The position numbers and the translations under genes are program-made. Positions 56,112-64,000 of a DNA stretch of 64,000 bases are shown here, piece by piece. The stretch comes from the human T2T-CHM13v2.0 reference genome, Homo sapiens, in NCBI RefSeq assembly GCF_009914755.1, contig NC_060929.1. One strand, written 5' to 3'. Position 1 is the first letter of the stretch. Each line of letters starts with the position of its first letter. The notes below the pieces were generated by a model. The model was not told the DNA's origin. It did not search any database and was given only the letters and a program-made list of their open reading frames with translations.

Positions 56112-58082
56112 ATTCACCTGTAAAAATGCTACCAAAACTAATAAGTGAGTTTAGCAAGGCAACAGGATTCAAGATCAACATACAAAAATAAACTATATTT
56201 CTATATGCTGGCAACAAAAAATCACAAATTGAAAAAAAATTATCATTTGTAAACCATCCAAACAAATGAAATACTTGAGGATAATTCTGACAAAAGATTC
56301 TGCAAGGCCTGCACTGAAAATGATAAAACATTGCTAGGCTAATTTTAAAAGATCCAAATAAAAAACATATCCATGAGTTGGAAGACTCAGTAATGTTAGG
56401 GTGCTAATTCTCTCCAAATGATCTAGAGTCAATGCAATTCCTATCAAAATTCCAGAAATTAGCAAACTAAAATTCATATGAAAGTGCAAGGGACAGAATA
56501 GCCAAAACAATCTGACAAAAAAAGAACAAAGTTGGAGGACTAACAGCACCTATTTTCAAGGTTTACCCTAAGCTAGTAATCAAAACACTCTGCTATTGGT
56601 GTAAAGATAGACAAATAGATTAATGGAACAGAATAAAGAATACAGAAATTGACCCATAAATATGTGGATTTTTTAATGGGCAAAGGCAATTTGGTAGAGA
56701 AAGAATAGTCTTTTCAACAAAGGGCACTGGAATTATTAAATTACTATATGAGGAGGAGGAAGAGAAGAAGGAGGAGGAAGAGGAAGAACTTTAGTCCATA
56801 CTTCACACTATGTACAATAATGGTTCATACACCTAAAACTATATGAAAATAAACCTACTACTGTGAAACTTCTGGAAGAAATCATATAAAATTTTTGTGA
56901 TCTTGAGTTAGACAAAGATTTCTTAAATATGATGCCAAAAGCACTATTCATAAAAGGAAAAAAAATCAATATATTAGACTTCATCAAAACTAAAAACATC
57001 TGCTCCTTAAAGGACACTGTTACCTGGGTGACAAAATGATATGTACAAATCCCCATGGCACATGTTTCCCTATATAGCAAACCTTCACCTGTACCTCCAA
57101 ACCTAAAATAAAAATTAAATAAATAAATAAAAGACACTGTTAGGTAATTAAAAGACAAATCACAGACTGGAAGAAAATATTTACAGTCTGTTAAAGGACT
57201 TTTAACCAAAATATGTAAAGAACTCTCAAAATCAATAAGAATACAAGCAACTCAATAAAAGGGGGCAAAAGATTTGAACAAAGAAGATATATGGGTGGCA
57301 AATAAGCACATATTCAACATCATTAATCACTAAGGACATAAACATTAAACCCACACTGATGTACCACTACATACCTATTTGAATGGCTAAAATTAGAAAA
57401 ACTGAGCATACCAAGTGCTAGTGAGGATGTGGAGCAAATGGAACATTCACACACTTCAAGTGGGAGTGGAAGATAGTACAATCACTTTGGAAAACAGTTT
57501 GGCAGTTTCATAAATAAACATATACCTACCAGATCATCCAGCAATTATGTTCCTAAGTATTTACCCAAAGGCACATATCCATAAAAAGACATGAATATAA
57601 ATGTTCCTAGCAGCTTTATTTAAATAGTCAAAAACTGGAAACAACTCAAATATCTACCAACAGATAAACACTCTGTGGTATATCCATACAATGGAATACT
57701 ACTCAGCAGTAAAAAAGGATAAACTATTGATGTATGAAAAACCATGAATTTCAAAATAATTATTCTGAGTAAAAGGAGCCCAGCCCCTACCCCTCAAAAA
57801 AAGAGTACATACTGAATCATTCCATTTACATAAAATTCTAAAAAATACTAACTAATCTATAATAACAGAAATCAGATCAACTGTTGCCTGGGGACAATAG
57901 AACAAGGAAAGGAGTTTAAAAGATTCAAGAAAACTTTTGAAAGTGCTGGATCTGCTCATCATCATGATTGTGATAATGTCTCACAGGTGCATACATGTCA
58001 AAATGCACCCAACTGTATACTTTAAATATGTGTACTTTATCTGCCAGTGCTACTGTGTCAATTATACTTTGATAAAGCTGTT
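56112..58082 (+). mobile_element. L1ME1/L1MB-like ORF2 end and 3' UTR
   Basis: gtgagtttagcaagg...caagatcaac, gaacaaagttggaggact, aaaagagtacatactg, caattatactttgataaagctg. Confidence 0.88.
57023..57130 (+). mobile_element. Short L1PA/PB 3' end nested in the older L1
   Basis: cctgggtgacaaaat...aacctaaaataaaaa; TSD aaggacactgtta / aaagacactgtta. Confidence 0.85.
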
Positions 58083-59327
58083 CATATAAAACTGAAAAAG
58101 TTCACAAGGAAGTATTTAGGAAGGATAATTAATTTTATTGGGTCTAGTCTCTGCAGTGTCATATGTAAACAGTTGTTTGACAGCTGAGAATTAAATCACA
58201 ACAGTCTTAATCTTTAGTGAGGCTGTTGAAAAACATTAAATGTAACCCAATTCATAACCTATAACAAACACCTTCAATTCACTATCTCCTCATCTTATTT
58301 ATCTTTCATAGATGCCCAGGGCTGCCCCTAAAAGACTCTCTTTCCTTCTCTAAACACCCCAAATTCTCTCTTCCTCAGCCTTGCCCTGGAAACTGACTGT
58401 GGTCATTTTCCCCATCTTTCCCCTCCCTTCCTAGAAGTATTCTCCAGTTACTCTATCGCTGCCTCGCCCAGCACCTTTATTCTTCTCAATTCTGATCTAC
58501 TCCTTCTAGCTCAGCATTTTTCTATCTATTATCCTAAGCAGCATAACTGAAACCCCAGAGGCCAAAAAGTAAAATAATCTTCTCTGGAAGCAGAATGAGT
58601 AGAGGCAGAGAGGAATGCTGGGTGCTGGAAGGGAATCTCTTATTTTAAAAAGAAAAGATTGGTCCCAAGATCCTGGTCCCCTCTCTGCTCAGAGATCCTC
58701 TCTCTGCTCACGTCTCTCCTCATTCATTCTCACAGGCAAAGAGACTCGGTTTTCCTCCATTCAGTCTTCTCATTCTGACTCTAAACTGCATCCCTATCCC
58801 TGAAACACAATGCCCCTTCCCAGCACACAATGCCCATCCTCTTTCTACTGCTGTTTTAGGCTTCTTTTTTTTTTTTTTTTTTTTTTTTTTGCCTCTTCTC
58901 AACCCCCCGCAAGCCACTAGAAGAGAAATGACCCATTTCATCATTTTAAATAGCTCCCTTTTCACATGTATCTTTGGACTTGTAGATGATGCAAATTCTT
59001 TATGAATTTAAATTTTAAAGGCTCTGTTTGTTAAATGTTTGTCCATTTGTCTGCATTGAGTTAATATAATTAACCTGTCTCTCTGCAGCACTGCTCTCTG
59101 TAGAAGACAGTAAAGTCTGTTGCATCACTTCTTCCAGGTTTCGTATCACGGTGGCTGCAGGGTTTGCCCACAATGAACACGCAACTGTCTGCCACCGCTT
59201 CACCCACTCCTCCCACTTGTCTCACTCTCCTCCTCCTGCTTCATGTTCCAACATTATCAAACCACCTATCGTCCTCAACTTTACGTCCCTGGAACACCAT
59301 CACCTGGGAATTACCCTCTGCCTAAAG

Positions 59328-59546
59328 CAGAGGTCAGCAAACTTTTTCTGTAAAGGACCATACACAAGTATTTCTGGCTTCACAGCCCATGTGGTCTCTG
59401 TGCCAACTACTCCGTTCTGCCATCATTGCACAAATGCAGCCACAGGCTATACATAAATGAATTGAGTGTGGCTGAGTTACAATAAATCTTTATTTCCAAA
59501 AACAGCCAACAGATTTGGCCTGTGGGTCTTATTTTGCCAAACCTTG
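59328..59546. mobile_element. MER58A hAT-Charlie MITE
   Basis: cagaggtcagcaaactttttctgtaaagg...tttgccaaaccttg. Confidence 0.88.
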
Positions 59547-60365
59547 ATCTAAAACGTCCTCCCTTCCCAATCTCCACCTGACCACCTCCTAGTTCTCCTA
59601 CAAGACTAAGCACATTACCTTCTGGAGAGTGCTTTCTCCTATGACTGGTCAGGTTCATCCTTTCTTTGTACTCTCATAGGAATATATATGGAATATATTT
59701 TGTAGAGGCAAGAAAAGTTTCTTCCCAAAGACTCATGGTTTCTTCCATGAGGAAGGAGCTCTGCTATCATAACACTACTGGCCTTTCTCTACTCCTACTT
59801 ACTCCTCTCCATGGGAGATGGAGCAGCTTGGAGGAGTCTAGCTCCTTCTCTCACTCGTGGGAGCAAACTGGCCACAGAGAATATGTATTTCTCCTGCTTT
59901 TCCATGCCACAGAGGGCACTCTCTGACACTCCTGGGGAAGGCTTGTCTGCCAGTACTACTGTGTTCGGACACATAAGTCTGTCTTACTCCAGAGTTCTCC
60001 ATTATCAGTTTAACCAGTAACAACAGTAATATTTTTATCTCCATATATCTTACTTCCTGATTACCTCTTAATTGGTTCAGAACTCTAGAGGGAAACAGAA
60101 ATGCTATTTATAAGGCCCCACTGAACCCCAACATACACCAGTAGCCACGTTTTCAGCATTTTGCTCAGGAATTTTCTTTGTGTATCTTCTATCACCTCAG
60201 TTCAGTGATTACCCAAGTGGACTTCAGTCATCTGGAGAGTCTTCCAATTGTCACAAACTGATCCAGAAATGCAAATCTTTCTTTCATACTGACAGCAAAT
60301 GACACCATTCTGTAAGCTTTTATTTTTACCTACAATCGAATACTGCTTACTAATAACCTGTTGAG

Positions 60366-60753
60366 TACTATAGTCTGGATATGTTTGTTCCCCAAACCTC
60401 ATGTGGAAATTTGATCCCCAATGTTGGAGGTGGAGCTTGGGTTATGGGGGTGGAGCCCTCATGAATGGCTTGGTTCATCCTCAGGGTAATGAGTAAGTTC
60501 TCACTCTCATTTCTGCAGGAGTTGGTTGTTAAAAAGAGCCAGCACCTCCTCTTTCTCTCTTTCTAGCCATGAGATCTCTGCATATACCAGCTACCCTTTT
60601 TCTGCTGCCATGTGTGGAAGCTGCCTGAGTCCCTCACCAGGAAAAGATGATGGCTCCATGCTTCTTGTACAGCCTGCAGAACCCTGAGCTAAATAAACCT
60701 CAAATTACCCAGCCTTAAATATTCCTCTATGGCAACACAAATGGACTAAGACA
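60366..60753 (+). mobile_element. MSTB-like MaLR solo LTR
   Basis: tactatagtctggatatg...aataaacc...atggactaagaca; TSD ttgag / gtgag. Confidence 0.9.
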
Positions 60754-61029
60754 GTGAGTTAGCAGTAGTTTCTAAATTGAAAGTACTAATAGAGTTTACT
60801 AAATATTTAATTACATATTCAGTTAAGAAATCTGGCAGCCACACTTTTGGAAATCCTGTCAAACTTTTATTAAGCATGAGTACATAAGGCAGAATTTCAG
60901 TAGTTTTCAGGAAAGACAATTTGTGAATAGTGTTATCACTGATGCTGTCTTCAATTGATCATGGTTTTCAACCACTGTTATTCAAAATTATCCCACCTGT
61001 TCTCAGTAGAAAATCACTCAGTAATAGCA

Positions 61030-61420
61030 AATTGAAAATTCAAAAATATTTTAAATGACCCAGCAGTTCCAATTCTGTGGAATATGCTCCAAAAAAATAG
61101 TTGGCAATGTTCATCAAAAGACATGTATAAGAATGTTCATAACATTCTTATAACACATATATTCTTATAACATATATTTTTATAACTAATAACATATATT
61201 CTATATAACATATATTCTTATAACAAAGCTTCATAACACAGCTTTGTCTTGTAATAGCTAAAAATTGCTAACAAACCAAATACCCATCATAGAATAATAA
61301 ATAAATGGTGGAATATTTATAAAGTTGACTATTACACAGCAATGAAAAAGAACAAACTACTTTTACATACTTTTGTATGGAGCAACATGGGTGAATCTCA
61401 CACACATAAAGATGAGCAAT
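61030..61420 (+). mobile_element. L1ME fragment containing an (ATAACATATATTCTT)n minisatellite at ~61137-61226
   Basis: atgacccagcagttcc, aagacatgtataagaatgttcat, gcaacatgggtgaatctca. Confidence 0.75.
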
Positions 61421-62776
61421 GGATTGCCGGCAACATGGCAGAAGAGGAACAGATCCAGGCTGCAGCTCCCAGTGAGACCAACACAGAAGGCAGGTGATTT
61501 CTGTATTTCCAACTGAGGTACCTGGTTCATCTCACTGGAACTGGGTAGACAGTGGGTGCAGCCCATAGAGAGTGGGCAGAAGCAGAGTGGGCAGAAGCAG
61601 GGTGGGATGTTGCTTCACCCAGGAAATGCAAGGGGTCGGGGAACTCCCTCCCCTAGCCAAGGGAAGCCATGAGGAATTGTGCTGCGAGGAATGGTGCATT
61701 CCAGCCCAGATAGTATGCTTTTCCCATGGTCTTCACAACCCACAGACCAGGAGATTCCCTCAGGTGCCTACACCACCAGGGCCGAGGGTTTCCAGCACAA
61801 AACTGGGCGGCCATTTGGGCAGACATCAAGCTAGCTGCAGGAGTTTTTTTGTACACCATTGGCACGTGGAACGCCAGCGAGACAGAACCGCTCACTCCCC
61901 TGGAAAGGTGGCACTGAAGCCAGGGAGCCGAGTGGTCTAGCTCAGCGGATCCCACCCCCATGGAGCCCAGCAAGCTAAGATCCACTGGCTTGAAATTCTC
62001 GCTGCCAGCACAGCAGTCTGAAGTCAACCTGGGATGCTCGAGCTTTGTGGGGGGAGGGGCATCCACCATTACTGAGGCTTGAGTAGGTCGTTTTCCCCTC
62101 ACAGTGTAAACAAAACCACTGGGAAGTTCGAACTGGGCAGAGCCCACCACGGCACCACAAACCCGCTGTAGCCAGACTGCCTCTCTAGATTCCTCCTGTC
62201 TGGGCAAGGCATCTCTGAAAGAAAGGCAGCAGTGCCAGTCAGGGGCTTATAGATAAAACTCCCGTCTCCCTGGGATAGAGCATCTGGGGAAAGGGGCAGC
62301 TGTGGGTGCAGCTTCAGCGGACTTAAACGTTTCTGCCTGACAGCTCTGAAGAGAGCAGCAGATCTCCCAGCACAGTGCTCGAGCTCTGCTAAGGGACTTA
62401 CTGCCTCCTAAAGTGGGTCCCTGATCCCCATGCCTCCTGACTGGGAGATACCTCCCAGCAGAGGTCTACAGACACCTCATACAGGAGTGGTCCGGCTGGC
62501 ATCTAGTGGGTGCCCCTCTGGGATGAAGCTTGCAGAGGAAGGAGCAGGCAGCAATCTTTGCTGTTCTGCAGCCTCCACTGGTGATACCCAGACAAACAGG
62601 GTCTGGAGTGGACCTCCAGCAAACTCCAGCAGAGCTGCAGAAGAGGGGCTTGACTGTTAGAAGAAAACCAACAAAAAGAAAGCAATAGCATCAACATCAA
62701 CAGAAAGGACACCCATGCAAAAACCCCATCTGAAGGTTGCCAACATCAAAAAGCAAAGGTAGATAAATCCACAAAG
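61421..62776. promoter_or_regulatory. L1 5' UTR: internal sense promoter and antisense promoter region
   Basis: Position and sequence of an L1PA 5' UTR; activity not shown by sequence. Confidence 0.55.
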
Positions 62777-63798
62777 ATGAGGAAAAACCAGTGCAAAAAA
62801 AAACCCTGAAAATTCCAAAAACCAGAACACATCTTCTCCAAAGGATCACAACTCCTGGCCAGCAGGGGCACAAAACTGGACAGAGAATGAGTTTGATGAA
62901 TTGACAGAAGTAGGCTTCAGAAGGTGGGTAATAACAAACTCCTCCGAGCTAAAGGAGCATGTCCTAACCCAATGCAAGGAAGCTAAGAACGTTGAGAAAA
63001 GATTAGACAAATTGCTAACTAGAATAACCAGTTCAGAGAAGAACATAAACAACCTGATGGAGCTGAAAAACACAGCACAAGAACTCCATGAAGCATACAC
63101 AAGTATCAATAGCTGAATTGATCAAGCGGAAGAAAGGATATCAGAGACTGAAGATCAACTTAATGAAATAAAACGTGAAGACAAGGTTAAAGAAAAAAGA
63201 ATGAAAAGGAATGAACAAAGTCTCCAAGAAATATGGGACTATGTGAAGAGATCAAACCTAAGTTTGGTGCACCTGAAAGTGATGGGGAGAATGGAACCAA
63301 GTTGGAAAACACACTTCAGGATATTATCCAGGAGAACGTCCCCAACCCAGCAAGACAGGCCAACATTCAAATTCAGGAAACACAGAGAACACCACTAAGA
63401 TACTCCTCGAGAAGAGCAACCCCAAGACACATAATCGTCAGATTCACCAAGGCTGAAATGAAGGAAAAAATGTTAAGGGAAGCCAGAGAGAAAGGTCAGG
63501 TTACCCACAAAGGGAAGCCCGTCAGACTAACAGCAGATCTCTAGGCAGAAACCCTACAAGCCAGAAGAGAGTGGGGACCAAATTCAACATTCTTAAAGAA
63601 CAGAATTTTCAACCCAGAATTTCATATCCAGCCAAACTAAGCTTCATAAGTGAAGGAGAAATAAAATCCTTTACAGACAAATGAATGTTGAGGGATTTTG
63701 TCACCACCAGGCCTGCTTTACAAGAGCTCCTGAAGGAAGCACTAAATATGGAAAGGAAAAACTGGTACCAGCCACTGCAAAAACATACCAAAATGTAA
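62777..63798 (+). pseudogene. Disrupted L1 ORF1p
   Basis: Pieces in different frames (TNSSELKEHVLTQCKEAK; SSRRATPRHIIVRFTK); stop at 63114-63116 and frameshifts. Confidence 0.9.
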
Positions 63799-63861
63799 AG
63801 ACCATCAATATTATGAAGAAACTGCATCAATGAATGGGCAAAATAATCAGCTAGCATCATA

Positions 63862-64000
63862 ATGACAGGATCAAATTCTCATATAACAATATTAACCTTA
63901 AACGTAAATGAGCTAAATGCTCCAGTTAGAAGACACAGACAGGCAAATTGGCTAAAGAGTCAAGACCCATCATTGTGCTGTATTCAGGAGACGCATTTCA
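63862..64000 (+). pseudogene. Start of L1 ORF2p endonuclease, cut off by the window edge
   Basis: MTGSNSHITILTLNVNELNAPVRRHRQANWLKSQDPSLCCIQETH. Confidence 0.88.

Larger units (their letters stand above)
61421..64000 (+). mobile_element. L1PA7/8-like element with complete 5' end, continuing past the window
   Basis: ~1.35-kb 5' UTR (ggaacagatccaggctgcagctcccag), ORF1 from ATG 62777, ORF2 from ATG 63862. Confidence 0.95.

Noticed and set aside
61137-61226. Repeated ~15-bp units as a CRISPR-like array
   Set aside because: Head-to-tail AT-rich minisatellite with no unique spacers, in eukaryotic DNA.

Overview
Primate (most likely human) intergenic or intronic DNA, AT-rich and dominated by interspersed repeats: Alu, old and young L1, L2/MIR/CR1, MaLR and ERVL solo LTRs, and Tigger/hAT DNA transposons. 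I see no intact protein-coding gene, tRNA, rRNA or CRISPR array. The ORFs in the track are repeat-derived or spurious. The most notable element is a ~300-bp insert at 51242-51542 inside an L1 that itself sits inside Tigger1. It carries a decayed copy of a VWA8 (KIAA0564) coding segment plus apparent intron sequence, with no poly(A) or TSD and a hairpin junction, which suggests repair-type capture rather than a processed pseudogene. Also present: two short local templated duplications, one target site used by two retroelements, two near full-length Tiggers tail to tail, an L1PA 5' UTR with an open ORF0-like antisense frame, and several minus-strand exon-like segments that may belong to a spliced non-coding transcript. 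Repeat family names come from recalled consensus sequences, not from a search. Boundaries without TSD support are approximate.
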